DNA from: a virus
Taxonomy: Duplodnaviria; Caudoviricetes
Length of the DNA: 58,411 bases
IMG/VR virus record: IMGVR_UViG_3300034072_001300
Span: 1-58,411 of that record
Direction: 5' to 3' (one strand)
Shown: piece by piece, positions 18,654-29,215 of the stretch
How positions within the stretch are numbered: the first letter of the stretch is position 1
Layout of the letters: the number at the start of each line of letters is the position of its first letter
Notes under the pieces: model-generated
Databases searched by the model: none
Seen by the model: the letters and a program-made list of their open reading frames with translations, nothing else
What the model was told of the DNA's origin: nothing
Position numbers and translations under genes: made by a program

Positions 18654-20942
18654 ATGAAAGAAGCAATTAGAAAAATTTCTGTTAAATTCTTTACTGAAGA
18701 AGCTATTAATGAATTCTCAAAAAAATTAATAACTACCAATCAAGAACTAACAAAAAACGTAAAAGAACTACACATAACATATAAAACAGAAGAAAAATCT
18801 ATAAATGAACTTAATTACAAGTTAATATATAGAAAACCTGTTTTTCAAAAACCAAAAGATAAAAAAGAATGGGAATATCATTGGAATGATTTAACTCCTT
18901 TTTATATAACTCCATCAAAAGCATTAGCAACTATTGAAATGTATTTCCCGGACTGTTTTACAAATTCAATTTTAGCTGAACTTTTTAACCAATCGATAAC
19001 AAATGCAACAAAATCAATAAGTTATCCGAAGGCAGAAGTTCTAGAAGTAAATAAAAAGAGATGGCTAGGCGAAAGGGGTAATCCAAAATATCCTATTTAT
19101 ATTATTTCTAAAGGCCGTTCAGAAACTTGTATCACGGCTGATCATCTTATAAAAATGGAAATACCATTCCACATTGTTATTGAAGAACAAGAGCACGAAG
19201 ATTATGCTAGATTTTATGGAGATAATGAACTTGTAACATTATTACATTTAGATTTAAAATTCAGAAAAGAATATGATACATATATTGAAGATTTTGATGA
19301 AACAAAATCAAAAGGTTCGGGTCCTTCAAGAAACTTTGTTTGGAATCATGCTAAAGAATCAGGCGCAAAATGGCATTGGATTATGGATGATAATATTATG
19401 GGATTCTATTACTACAATGATAATCAAAGAATAAAAGCAGTTGATGGGACATTATTTGCAACAGCGGAAGATTTTGTTGACAGATACGAAAATATTGGTA
19501 TTGCTGGTTTAAATTATTTTATGTTTGCAGTTCCTGGTGCAAAAGATAGACCTTATGTAGCAAACACAAAAATTTATTCTTGTTTACTTATTAGAAATGA
19601 TACAACTGTTAGATGGGCAGGTAGATATAATGAAGATGTTGATGTTTGTATAAGAGCATTAAAAGAAGGATATAGTACAATTCAGTTTGATGCTTTTTTA
19701 TCGGATAAAATGCAAACACAATCAATGGGTGGTGGAAATACCGATGCTTTCTACGCAGAAGAAGGAACATTACCAAAATCAAATATGTTAATGCATAATC
19801 ACCCTGATATTACAGAAGTTATGTGGAGATTTCAAAGATGGCACCACTTAACAAATTATGATATTTTTGATTATTACAAAGATAGAAATCTTAAAGAAAC
19901 AATTCAAGATATGATGAAACCACAAATTTTAGATAGAATATTAGATGCTGATATTATTAATGAAATTTCAAAAATTGATTTTAGTAAATTAAAAAAATGG
20001 GATATTTTAAAAGATATACCAAATTCAAAAAGAGAAAAAATATTTGAATGCTTAAAATTCTATAGATATAAAAAGAACACAGAAGAAATTATTGATATTA
20101 TTACAAGACCCCAATTAATAAGTTGTGATTTAGATTCATATCTTTTAGATAATGATATTCCTGACACTTTAGATAATAAAATAATGCTAGATATTTTTAA
20201 TCTAGGTGAACACAAAGAAGACAAATTATTTTACTGGAGAGATTTTAATGAATATTTTTCATATGTTCCAGAAGAAAGAAGAAAATTAATTATAGCAGAA
20301 TTAATTAGAAATAAATATCTTCAAAAACCTTATGAAAAATATACATATAATATTAAAGAAGTTATTCTTTCACAAGAAGATCATTTACAATTTAGAGATT
20401 CAAAACCGGTTATTCAAAATATTTTAAATATTGATGGTATTTCAGATAGACCTGAAATAGCTACAAGAATATGTTTAAGAAAAAGAGGCGAATTAAAGGT
20501 TCAGAATAAAAAGAAATTTAAAGTTAATTTAACTGCTAGAGGTTCAGTTCTTAAAAAAGAACACGAAGGTAAAACATTGATGCTGATTGGTGATGAAAAT
20601 TTTGATAGTACAGAAATTTTCGAAAGTACAACAGAACAATTCATCAAAGATTATAATATTGATGAAATTATTAACTCTGTTAATTACAAGGTTGATTTAA
20701 TGAGTGCAAATTTTGCTCTTGATAAAAAACTTAAAAATAGAGAATTTGTTCCAGATTTAATACTTCACACAAAAGGTGCTTATGCAGAAATGTATAAAAA
20801 TATGGTTCAATATACAGATTATTGTATTATATTCTCATCTGATAAATTAACAAAAGATTTAGAATTTTTGGTAGAACAATTAAAAATTAACAATAAAGAG
20901 TATATAATCAAATACAAAAACATAGTTGCAGATGAATGGTAG
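18654..20942 (+). CDS. GREB1/TET-associated-type GT-A glycosyltransferase with N-terminal partner domain and degenerate SLOG-like C-terminus
   Basis: YPIYIISKGR, GSGPSRNFVW, WHWIMDDNI, GRYNEDVD, GGNT, RFQRWHH. Confidence 0.8.
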   Translation: MKEAIRKISVKFFTEEAINEFSKKLITTNQELTKNVKELHITYKTEEKSINELNYKLIYRKPVFQKPKDKKEWEYHWNDLTPFYITPSKALATIEMYFPDCFTNSILAELFNQSITNATKSISYPKAEVLEVNKKRWLGERGNPKYPIYIISKGRSETCITADHLIKMEIPFHIVIEEQEHEDYARFYGDNELVTLLHLDLKFRKEYDTYIEDFDETKSKGSGPSRNFVWNHAKESGAKWHWIMDDNIMGFYYYNDNQRIKAVDGTLFATAEDFVDRYENIGIAGLNYFMFAVPGAKDRPYVANTKIYSCLLIRNDTTVRWAGRYNEDVDVCIRALKEGYSTIQFDAFLSDKMQTQSMGGGNTDAFYAEEGTLPKSNMLMHNHPDITEVMWRFQRWHHLTNYDIFDYYKDRNLKETIQDMMKPQILDRILDADIINEISKIDFSKLKKWDILKDIPNSKREKIFECLKFYRYKKNTEEIIDIITRPQLISCDLDSYLLDNDIPDTLDNKIMLDIFNLGEHKEDKLFYWRDFNEYFSYVPEERRKLIIAELIRNKYLQKPYEKYTYNIKEVILSQEDHLQFRDSKPVIQNILNIDGISDRPEIATRICLRKRGELKVQNKKKFKVNLTARGSVLKKEHEGKTLMLIGDENFDSTEIFESTTEQFIKDYNIDEIINSVNYKVDLMSANFALDKKLKNREFVPDLILHTKGAYAEMYKNMVQYTDYCIIFSSDKLTKDLEFLVEQLKINNKEYIIKYKNIVADEW

Positions 20943-20961
20943 AATTTTAAAATTCTACCAT
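20937..20961 (+). terminator. hairpin terminator
   Basis: atggtagaattt...aaattctaccat followed by T run. Confidence 0.55.
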
Positions 20962-20999
20962 TTTAAGACTATAAATACTTAAAAACTTAAAGGAGATTT

Positions 21000-22166
21000 A
21001 TGAAAATTACAGTAGTAGGAAGTGGTTACGTAGGAACAAGTATAGCAGTTTTACTTGCACAAAAAAATAAAGTGAGATTATTAGATGTTATTCCAGAAAA
21101 AATTGAAATGATTAATAATAAAATATCACCAATAGAAGATAAAGATATTTCTGAATATCTACAAAAAGATTTAAACTTAATTGGAACATTAGATAAAGAA
21201 TATGCATATAAAAATTCTGATTTTGTTGTTATTGCGGTACCAACTGATTATAACCCAGAAACAAATTATTTTAATACTTCACTTATTGAATCAGTTATTA
21301 AAGATGTTTTAGAATATGCACCCAAAACTGTTAATATGGTTATTAAAAGTACAATTCCCGTTGGATATGTTGAAAAAGTTAGAAAAGAATTTGGTATAAC
21401 AAATATTATGTTCAGTCCAGAATTTTTAAGAGAAGGAACTGCACTTAAAGATAATCTTTACCCAAGTAGAATTATTGTTGGTGAAAAACATACTAAAGCA
21501 ATTGAATTTGCTAATTTATTGTTAGAATGTTCTTTAAAGAAAGATGTTAAAGTTATATATACTAATCCAACCGAAGCAGAAGCAGTAAAATTATTTGCTA
21601 ATAATTATTTAGCAATGAGAGTTTCATTTTTTAATGAATTAGATTCTTATGCAGAAGTTAATGGTTTAAATACAAAGGATATTATTGATGGTGTTAGTTT
21701 GGATCCAAGAATTGGAACACATTATAATAATCCAAGTTTTGGGTATGCAGGCTACTGTTTTACAAAAGACGTTCAACAATTAAAGGCTGATATGTATAAT
21801 ACACCTAGTAATCTAATTACATCTATTCACGATTCAAATGAAAAAAGAATTAAATTTATTGCTGATAACATTATTGCTAAAAATCCAAAAACTGTTGGTA
21901 TTTACAGATTAACAATGAAAGCAAACTCAGATAACTTTAGAAATTCAGCGGTTCAAAGAATATTAACATATTTACAAGAAAAAAATATAAATGTTATTAT
22001 TTATGAACCAACTTTAAAAACAAATAAATTTAATGATATTGATGTTTTAAATACAGATGAATTTTTTGAAACTTCAGATATTATTATCGCTAATAGATTT
22101 GAACACAAATTAAGTGATTATGAAGATAAAGTTTATACGAGGGACATATTCAATACTGATTCTTAG
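21000..22166 (+). CDS. ugd: UDP-glucose 6-dehydrogenase
   Basis: GSGYVG, IKST, FSPEFLREG, AEAVKLFAN, GYAGYCFTKD, SDNFR. Confidence 0.95.
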   Translation: MKITVVGSGYVGTSIAVLLAQKNKVRLLDVIPEKIEMINNKISPIEDKDISEYLQKDLNLIGTLDKEYAYKNSDFVVIAVPTDYNPETNYFNTSLIESVIKDVLEYAPKTVNMVIKSTIPVGYVEKVRKEFGITNIMFSPEFLREGTALKDNLYPSRIIVGEKHTKAIEFANLLLECSLKKDVKVIYTNPTEAEAVKLFANNYLAMRVSFFNELDSYAEVNGLNTKDIIDGVSLDPRIGTHYNNPSFGYAGYCFTKDVQQLKADMYNTPSNLITSIHDSNEKRIKFIADNIIAKNPKTVGIYRLTMKANSDNFRNSAVQRILTYLQEKNINVIIYEPTLKTNKFNDIDVLNTDEFFETSDIIIANRFEHKLSDYEDKVYTRDIFNTDS

Positions 22167-22185
22167 TATTGAATATTTTTAAAAT

Positions 22186-22965
22186 ATGTCAAGAAAACAA
22201 AAAGATTACAAGTATCATTATACATATAGGATAACAAATATAATAGAGAAAAAATACTACTATGGTGTTCATTCATGTAATTGTTTACCCAAAGAAGATA
22301 TAGGAGTTAAATATTTTAGTTCAAGTAAAAATAAAGCATTTAAAGATGATATTAAAGAAAATCCCCAGAATTATAAGTACAAGGTTGTTAAAATATTTTC
22401 TACTAGAAAAGAAGCTTTAGAGCATGAAATATTTTTACACAATAAATTTAATGTTGGTGTTAATAAAAAATTCTATAATGATTCGAAACAGGGTTCTACA
22501 AACCGTGATACATCAGGTTTATTCCCTGCTAGGGATGTAGATGGTAATATATTTATGATCTCTAGAGATGACGAAAGATTTATATCCGGAGAATTAGTGT
22601 CAATAAATAAAGGGCGAAAATTGAATTTTTCTATAGAACATAGAGCAAATCTATCAAAAGCTCTAACAGGCAAACCAAAATCACCTGAACACCGTTTAGC
22701 AACTAGTCTCGCGACTAACACCCGAGGCAAAAATCACCCAAGATTTAAAGGTTATTATGTAACACCTATGGGTACATTTGATTCACCTGCTGCTTGTATA
22801 CCAATTATATCTTTAACACAAATGAAAATATATTGTAATGATTGTGATACTAAAATAACAGCTAAAGCTTATAATAAATCTAGGTTTTTGCAATTATTTT
22901 ATGCATATGAAGAAGTTAAAGATAGAACATATAAAGATTTAGGATTTTGGAGAGATTATATCTAA
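22186..22965 (+). CDS. GIY-YIG (Seg-like) homing endonuclease
   Basis: YTYRITN...YYYGVHS, ALEHE, FYN; NUMOD3-like repeats. Confidence 0.8.
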   Translation: MSRKQKDYKYHYTYRITNIIEKKYYYGVHSCNCLPKEDIGVKYFSSSKNKAFKDDIKENPQNYKYKVVKIFSTRKEALEHEIFLHNKFNVGVNKKFYNDSKQGSTNRDTSGLFPARDVDGNIFMISRDDERFISGELVSINKGRKLNFSIEHRANLSKALTGKPKSPEHRLATSLATNTRGKNHPRFKGYYVTPMGTFDSPAACIPIISLTQMKIYCNDCDTKITAKAYNKSRFLQLFYAYEEVKDRTYKDLGFWRDYI

Positions 22966-23017
22966 AAATTAACATCTTGTATTATATAATTCTATAAATA
23001 ATCTAAAAGGATAATAA

Positions 23018-23902
23018 ATGAAAAACAAAAAAATATTAGTTACAGGTGCAGCTGGTTTTATTGGTAGCAATCTGTGCGAAAGACTTGTAGCAGATAATGA
23101 AGTTGTTGGAATTGACAATTATTTCACTGGTTCAAAAGATAATCATATTGTTGGAGTTAAATATATTGAATCAGATGTAAAATATATTGATAAATGCTTA
23201 GAAGAAATTAAATTTAAACCGGATGTTATATATCATTTAGGGGAATATTCAAGAGTTGAACAATCTTATGAAGATGTTGGAACTGTTTTAGATTTTAATA
23301 TGGATGGTATAAAAGCAGTTTTAGAATATGTTAGAAAAAATGGATGTAAATTAATTTATGCAGGGAGTTCTACAAAATTTTCTGACATTGGGAAAGATGG
23401 GTCACCTTATGCTTGGACAAAAGCAACAAATACTGAACTTGTTCAAAATTATGGTAAATGGTATAACATAGATTACGCAATTACATATTTTTATAATGTT
23501 TATGGTCCGAGAGAAATTAAAGACGGAAAATATAGTACATTAATTGCTAAATTTTCTGAATTGTATAAAGAAAATAAAGAATTAACTATTGTTTTACCGG
23601 GTAAACAAAAAAGAAATTTTACTCATATTGATGATACTGTTGATGCTTTAGTTCTAATTGGTGAATTTGGAAAAGGTGATGAATATGGTATTGGTTCAGA
23701 TGAAGCATTTAGCATTTTAGATGTTGCTAATATGTTTTATTCAGATAAAACAAAAATCGAATTTTTACCCGAAAGACCAGGCAATAGAATGACTGCTTCG
23801 GTTGTAACAGATAAAACCAGAGCATTGGGTTGGGAACCTATAAGAAATCTAAGAGATTATATATCTAATATAAAGGAAAAATATGCAACAAATGCAAAAT
23901 AA
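23018..23902 (+). CDS. NAD-dependent NDP-sugar epimerase/dehydratase (extended SDR)
   Basis: TGAAGFIG, AGSS, YAWTK, FYNVYGP, RNFTHIDD. Confidence 0.9.
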   Translation: MKNKKILVTGAAGFIGSNLCERLVADNEVVGIDNYFTGSKDNHIVGVKYIESDVKYIDKCLEEIKFKPDVIYHLGEYSRVEQSYEDVGTVLDFNMDGIKAVLEYVRKNGCKLIYAGSSTKFSDIGKDGSPYAWTKATNTELVQNYGKWYNIDYAITYFYNVYGPREIKDGKYSTLIAKFSELYKENKELTIVLPGKQKRNFTHIDDTVDALVLIGEFGKGDEYGIGSDEAFSILDVANMFYSDKTKIEFLPERPGNRMTASVVTDKTRALGWEPIRNLRDYISNIKEKYATNAK

Positions 23903-24851
23903 TGAAAATAGAACAAATGTTGTTCTATTTTGGAGCTCAAAATACAATGGTGAAACACCCGAAGAATACAGAAATACGGAATTGGAACTTTCTGTATTTA
24001 CTGAACTAACTTTAGAATCACATAAAAAATATAATAATACAGAATTATATACTTATCAAAAAATTAAAAATATTCCAGAACATATTACTATAAAAGACGC
24101 AAATGAAATATTCCCCTTTGAATTAGCATTTGATGCATTAAAAAGAAATCATAGTATAGCTCATATTTCAGATGTTGTTAGATTAAAAAGAGCGTTGGAA
24201 ATAAATGCTGTTGTTCTTGATTTGGATGCAGTCCAAATCAACCCATTTCCTGATATTCCTTGCTTTACTTGCACAATGCCTGCTAAAACTTCAGGTGGCG
24301 TAGCTATAAAATGGGGTAAATCACACCCACCTTTTATAATTCATGATGGTTCTTGGGATGGTAAAGCATTATCTGCATTCCCAATTAAAGTACATAAATG
24401 CATTGAGACAGAAATAAATGCTTTAATTAATAGAATTATTAAATGTTTATCAGAAGAACCAATGAAAGATACAAAAGGTTGGAATTATATTATGTGGGAA
24501 TTAAAAAATATTGCTAATAATAACCCAGCGGTCAAAGTTTTTGAACCAATTAAATGTTGTCCAGTTCCCGCTTGGAAATCGGCCGGTAATTGTTATACAC
24601 TTGAATCCCCAACAAAATTTGACGGTAAATCAGAATTATTTGGTTATAAATTACCCTCAATTGATGAAATCTTTGAAAAATCATATGTTATTCAACATTT
24701 TTTTGAAAGTTCATTTAAGAATTCAGAAAAATCAAAAGAAGATTTTTTCTATAATGTAAAACCAGGTTCAGTTCTATATAAAGAGATGGAACATATATTT
24801 GGAAAGGATAATAAATATTTTAATAAATTAATTTCTACTGATGAGTGGTAG
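23883..24851 (+). CDS. glycosyltransferase, GT32/DXD-like
   Basis: AHISDVVRL...VVLDLD. Confidence 0.65.
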   Translation: MQQMQNNENRTNVVLFWSSKYNGETPEEYRNTELELSVFTELTLESHKKYNNTELYTYQKIKNIPEHITIKDANEIFPFELAFDALKRNHSIAHISDVVRLKRALEINAVVLDLDAVQINPFPDIPCFTCTMPAKTSGGVAIKWGKSHPPFIIHDGSWDGKALSAFPIKVHKCIETEINALINRIIKCLSEEPMKDTKGWNYIMWELKNIANNNPAVKVFEPIKCCPVPAWKSAGNCYTLESPTKFDGKSELFGYKLPSIDEIFEKSYVIQHFFESSFKNSEKSKEDFFYNVKPGSVLYKEMEHIFGKDNKYFNKLISTDEW

Positions 24852-24900
24852 AAATTAATACATTTTTAAATATAATTTTTAAAGAAAATAAAGGATATAA

Positions 24901-27819
24901 ATGAAATTTGAAACAGCTTGGAAAGAAGAATTTAAGTATTATGAAAGGGTTTTTGATGAAAAATTGGGAAAATCAATTAAAAGAGAAATAAAACCGCTTT
25001 TTGAATGGTATGAACCAAATTCTTTAGGTTTATATACATCTGTTATTGATGACACAATTAAATTAACTAAAAAAGAATCATATTCTTCAAAAGAAGGAAG
25101 AGATAAACACGGGTTTTTGGATCCTTTATATAAAAGCATAAGAGATAATTATTGGAATAAAGATTTATATTGCACTGATGCAAATATTTGGTATTTAGAT
25201 ATTGAAACAAGGTCAAGTGTATCATATAAAAATCCAGGTTCAGATAAAAAAATAAAAATTAAAAATAAAGAAACAAATACGGAATATGAAGAAAGTGCTA
25301 ATAAACTAAGATCTGCATTTAAAAATGGGAAGGAAGAAAATTTTCTTTATTTTAATTCATTAGAAAATAAATGGGAAGAATTAAAGGGTTCATACTATTT
25401 TCAAAGAAATATAGGATTTCCAGTACCGGAAAAATCATTAGAAGAAATTGTTCTTATGCAATTCTATGATAAGAATTCAAAAACAATGTATGTTATTGGT
25501 GATAGAGATTGGAAACATAAAGATGATTATGATTTTCAATATAATCTAAAATTTATAAATGCAGGTTCTGAATTAGAAATAATTGAAACTTATTTAAAGT
25601 TATTTAAGACATTGAACCCACTTATTATTTATGCTTGGAATGGGATGGGATTTGACTACCCTTATATTCACAATAGATTAAAAAAATTAGGAATCGACCC
25701 AAATAGATTATCAAACTATGGCAATGTTTCATATTCTGAAAGGGAATTTCAAGGAAAAATTGAATTTAGATTTAGAGCAGACGGGCACCATTATATAGAT
25801 TTAATGGAAGTTTACAAAAACTTTGTTTTTAAACCGAGAGCAAGTTATATTTTAAATGCTATCGCTGAAGTTGAAGTTAATGATAAAAAGGTAAACCATA
25901 CAGAGTACAAGCGATTTGACGACTTTTATCTAGGAAATTATGAAATACCATTAAATCCAACAGAAGAACAAAAGAATTCTAAAATTTATAATGAAGCGAT
26001 TGCCGGTAATTGGGCAGAAGTTAGAGAATTAGCATATTCCGATTTTTGTTATTATGGTGCTAAAGATACATATTTATTGGTTCTTATAGATAATAAATTA
26101 AAATTCACACAATTACAATTTATGATTGCAGAAAAAATGGGTGTTTTATTATCTGATGCTACAGCAACAGTTAAACCTTGGTCTCAATATATTGCCAATA
26201 TGTCTTATTTAGAAAATAAAGTTCTTCCTCCTAGAACTGAACATGGATCACCACATGTTGTTGGTGGTTATGTTAAAGACCCACAAAAAGGTAAACATAA
26301 ATGGGTAATGTCAGCAGACGTTAATAGTATGTATCCTTTACTATCAATGGTTGGGTTTAATATGAGCCCAGAAACATATGTTCCAATGCATAAAGTTCCT
26401 TCAGATTTAAAAGAAATTTTATTAACTTATTTTAATGACCAAGATGAAGGAAAAAGATTAGAACTAGATAAAAATATTTGGGCTAAAACAACTGAATTAC
26501 TTCAAAAATATAATTATTCGTTAGGAATAAATGGCGCAGTTTTTACAAAAGATAAACTTGGTATGATTCCAAAAATGATTATGGATATTTATACAGCAAG
26601 AAAGGTTGCTAAAAAGGAACAATTCAAATATGAACAACAAAAAGTTCTTATAAAAGAAATAATATCAAAATATAATTGTTCAAATCAAATAAATATTACT
26701 CATTCAGATGTTTTAGAATATACAAAAGAAGAATTAGAAAATTTATCATTGGACACATTAAAAGATTTAGCATTAGAAGCTGAATCAAAAGAAAATGAAT
26801 ATAATACAAGACAACTGGTTTTGAAAGTTCAGATCAACGGACTTTATGGGGCACTTGCGAATACACACTTTCCCTTATTTAATGAGCAAATGGCCGCAGC
26901 AATTACTGGAAATGGAAGATATTTTATTCAGAAAAAATCAAATTATATCGAAAGTAAATTACAGGGTATGATTCCATCACAAAAACCTTATATAATATAT
27001 AACGATACAGACGCCGCTTATTATCACATAGAACCTTTTATGAATAAATATCAAGAGCAAAATTCAAACTTAACTATTGAAGAATATACTACTTGGGCAA
27101 ATTCATTTGAAGAAAAGGTAATTCAACCAACCATTCAACATTCTGTTGATGATTTTGCGCACGAATTAAATGCTTATAATAAAGATGTTATTAAATCAGA
27201 AAGGGAGGTTATTTCAGATTCTGCATTATGGGTAGCAAAGAAAAAATATTTAGCAAGAGTAAGAGATTCAGAAGGTACTAGATATCCAGATGATAATCCA
27301 TATATGAAAGCAATGGGACTTGAAATTGCGAAATCATCGACATCAGTTTGGGCTAAAAAGAAATTAAAAGAAAGTATTAATAAAATACTTGATGGGACAG
27401 AGGAAGAATTATCGAGTTGGATTAAAGAATTAAAAATTGATTTTGTGAAAGCAGATTTAAATGATTTAGCACAAGTTGGGGCTGCATCTAATTTGGATTA
27501 TGATTTAAGTGATAAAGGAGTTCCTTTTGGTTCAAGAGCAGCAATATGTCATAATATCTATATTAAAGAGTACAACAAAGATGAAACATATTCACCAATT
27601 CAAGCAGGTGAAAAAACAAAAAGACTATTTTTAATTGAACCAAATCCGTTAAAAACAAATATAATTGCTTATAGTTCAGATAATTTTGTAAATGAAATAA
27701 AAGATTATATTGATTATGATACAAATTTTGAGAAAAGTTTCTTGAATCCACTTCAATTAATGGTTGAGTGTTTGAATTGGGACTTAAATAAGAAAACTGA
27801 ATCACTAGATGATTGGTAA
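24901..27819 (+). CDS. 43: family B DNA polymerase (gp43-like)
   Basis: DIET, WNGMGFD, DVNSMYP, KVQINGLYG, YNDTD, KKKY. Confidence 0.95.
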   Translation: MKFETAWKEEFKYYERVFDEKLGKSIKREIKPLFEWYEPNSLGLYTSVIDDTIKLTKKESYSSKEGRDKHGFLDPLYKSIRDNYWNKDLYCTDANIWYLDIETRSSVSYKNPGSDKKIKIKNKETNTEYEESANKLRSAFKNGKEENFLYFNSLENKWEELKGSYYFQRNIGFPVPEKSLEEIVLMQFYDKNSKTMYVIGDRDWKHKDDYDFQYNLKFINAGSELEIIETYLKLFKTLNPLIIYAWNGMGFDYPYIHNRLKKLGIDPNRLSNYGNVSYSEREFQGKIEFRFRADGHHYIDLMEVYKNFVFKPRASYILNAIAEVEVNDKKVNHTEYKRFDDFYLGNYEIPLNPTEEQKNSKIYNEAIAGNWAEVRELAYSDFCYYGAKDTYLLVLIDNKLKFTQLQFMIAEKMGVLLSDATATVKPWSQYIANMSYLENKVLPPRTEHGSPHVVGGYVKDPQKGKHKWVMSADVNSMYPLLSMVGFNMSPETYVPMHKVPSDLKEILLTYFNDQDEGKRLELDKNIWAKTTELLQKYNYSLGINGAVFTKDKLGMIPKMIMDIYTARKVAKKEQFKYEQQKVLIKEIISKYNCSNQINITHSDVLEYTKEELENLSLDTLKDLALEAESKENEYNTRQLVLKVQINGLYGALANTHFPLFNEQMAAAITGNGRYFIQKKSNYIESKLQGMIPSQKPYIIYNDTDAAYYHIEPFMNKYQEQNSNLTIEEYTTWANSFEEKVIQPTIQHSVDDFAHELNAYNKDVIKSEREVISDSALWVAKKKYLARVRDSEGTRYPDDNPYMKAMGLEIAKSSTSVWAKKKLKESINKILDGTEEELSSWIKELKIDFVKADLNDLAQVGAASNLDYDLSDKGVPFGSRAAICHNIYIKEYNKDETYSPIQAGEKTKRLFLIEPNPLKTNIIAYSSDNFVNEIKDYIDYDTNFEKSFLNPLQLMVECLNWDLNKKTESLDDW

Positions 27820-27862
27820 TATAAATATTACCTTTCTTATAAATAATATAAAAAGGAATTAA

Positions 27863-28714
27863 ATGAAGCAATATTTAGATTTATGTCAAAGAATTATAGA
27901 TGATGGGCATTGGATTGAAAATAAAAGAACAGGGCAAAAAGTAAAAACTATCATAAACGCTGATTTTACTTATGATGTTGATGAAGGTAAATTTCCAATG
28001 ATAACAACGAGAAAAACATTTTATAAAGCAGCAATTGGTGAACTTTTGGGATACTTAAATGGATGTTCAGATGCTATGGAATTTAAAGAAAGATTTAAAA
28101 CTCCTACTTGGTTAGCTAATGCTAATGAAAATGAAAGTTGGTTAAAAAATCCATTTAGAACAGGCGAAAATGATATGGGAAGAGTTTATGGAGTTCAAGG
28201 TAGGGAATGGACTAATAGTAGAGGTCAAAAATTTGACCAATTAAGAAAGATTTATAATAATCTAAAAAATGGTATAGATGATAGAGGTGAAATTTTAACA
28301 TTTTGGAATCCCGGTGAATTTGATCAAGGGTGTTTAAGACCTTGTATGTACCAACACCAATTTTCACTTTTAGATGGTGTTTTATATTTAAACAGTACAC
28401 AAAGAAGCATTGATGTTCCTCTTGGTTTAGTTTTTAATCAAATTCAAGTTTATGTTTTATTGGCACTAATGGCTCAAATTACTGGTCACAAACCGGGAAA
28501 GGCGTATCACAAATTAGTTAATGCTCATATTTATGAAAATCAAATAGATTTAATGCATGAACAATTAAAAAGAAAACCTTTTGAATTGCCTAAGTTAGTT
28601 ATTAATCCTGAAATTAAAACTCTTGAAGATATTGAAACTTGGGTTACTGTTGATGATTTTATTGTTGAAGAATACAAACATCATGATCCGATTCAATATC
28701 CATTCTCGGTTTAA
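27863..28714 (+). CDS. thyA: thymidylate synthase
   Basis: [18 protein letters not shown] (dUMP-type Asn), HIYENQ. Confidence 0.95.
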   Translation: MKQYLDLCQRIIDDGHWIENKRTGQKVKTIINADFTYDVDEGKFPMITTRKTFYKAAIGELLGYLNGCSDAMEFKERFKTPTWLANANENESWLKNPFRTGENDMGRVYGVQGREWTNSRGQKFDQLRKIYNNLKNGIDDRGEILTFWNPGEFDQGCLRPCMYQHQFSLLDGVLYLNSTQRSIDVPLGLVFNQIQVYVLLALMAQITGHKPGKAYHKLVNAHIYENQIDLMHEQLKRKPFELPKLVINPEIKTLEDIETWVTVDDFIVEEYKHHDPIQYPFSV

Positions 28715-28723
28715 AGGAATAAA

Positions 28724-28984
28724 ATGAGTTTAACATATGAAGAATTAAAAAATATGAAAATTGGTGAAGTATATTATGAATCAAGTCAATATGCTAATAT
28801 AAAATTTACTGTAAAATCAAAACCAATAGAAAAACAAAATAAAGATTTAACACAATTAACTTGGATTGGTTCAGTAAAAGATCAAGATAATATTGAATAT
28901 CTTATAACGAAAGGGTTGGAACATTATGGGCCAAAAATTTATAAATTTCCAGCTTATGTTGGAGTTGAACAATGGGGATATTAA
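28724..28984 (+). CDS. hypothetical protein
   Basis: RBS, 86 aa. Confidence 0.6.
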   Translation: MSLTYEELKNMKIGEVYYESSQYANIKFTVKSKPIEKQNKDLTQLTWIGSVKDQDNIEYLITKGLEHYGPKIYKFPAYVGVEQWGY

Positions 28985-28993
28985 GGAGAACAT

Positions 28994-29215
28994 ATGAAAT
29001 TTGAAAATTATACAGATGTATTTTATAAAATAGATAATGAGGGTTTAGGATATTTCATAGAAAATTATGCATCAGCTGATTCAATGCCAGATAAAACTGG
29101 TGAAGAATTATTTAGAATTGCAGAAGAAGCATTATCTAATTTTTCTAATTATGTAGAGGAAAAAATGGAATTAGAAGATATTACTGAAGACTTTGAGGTT
29201 GAAGATTTTGAGTGA
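28994..29215 (+). CDS. small acidic protein
   Basis: AAGGAG RBS, Glu/Asp-rich. Confidence 0.6.
   Translation: MKFENYTDVFYKIDNEGLGYFIENYASADSMPDKTGEELFRIAEEALSNFSNYVEEKMELEDITEDFEVEDFE

Noticed and set aside
27863-28714. dCMP hydroxymethylase
   Set aside because: Retains dUMP-specifying Asn and canonical ThyA motifs, with DHFR nearby
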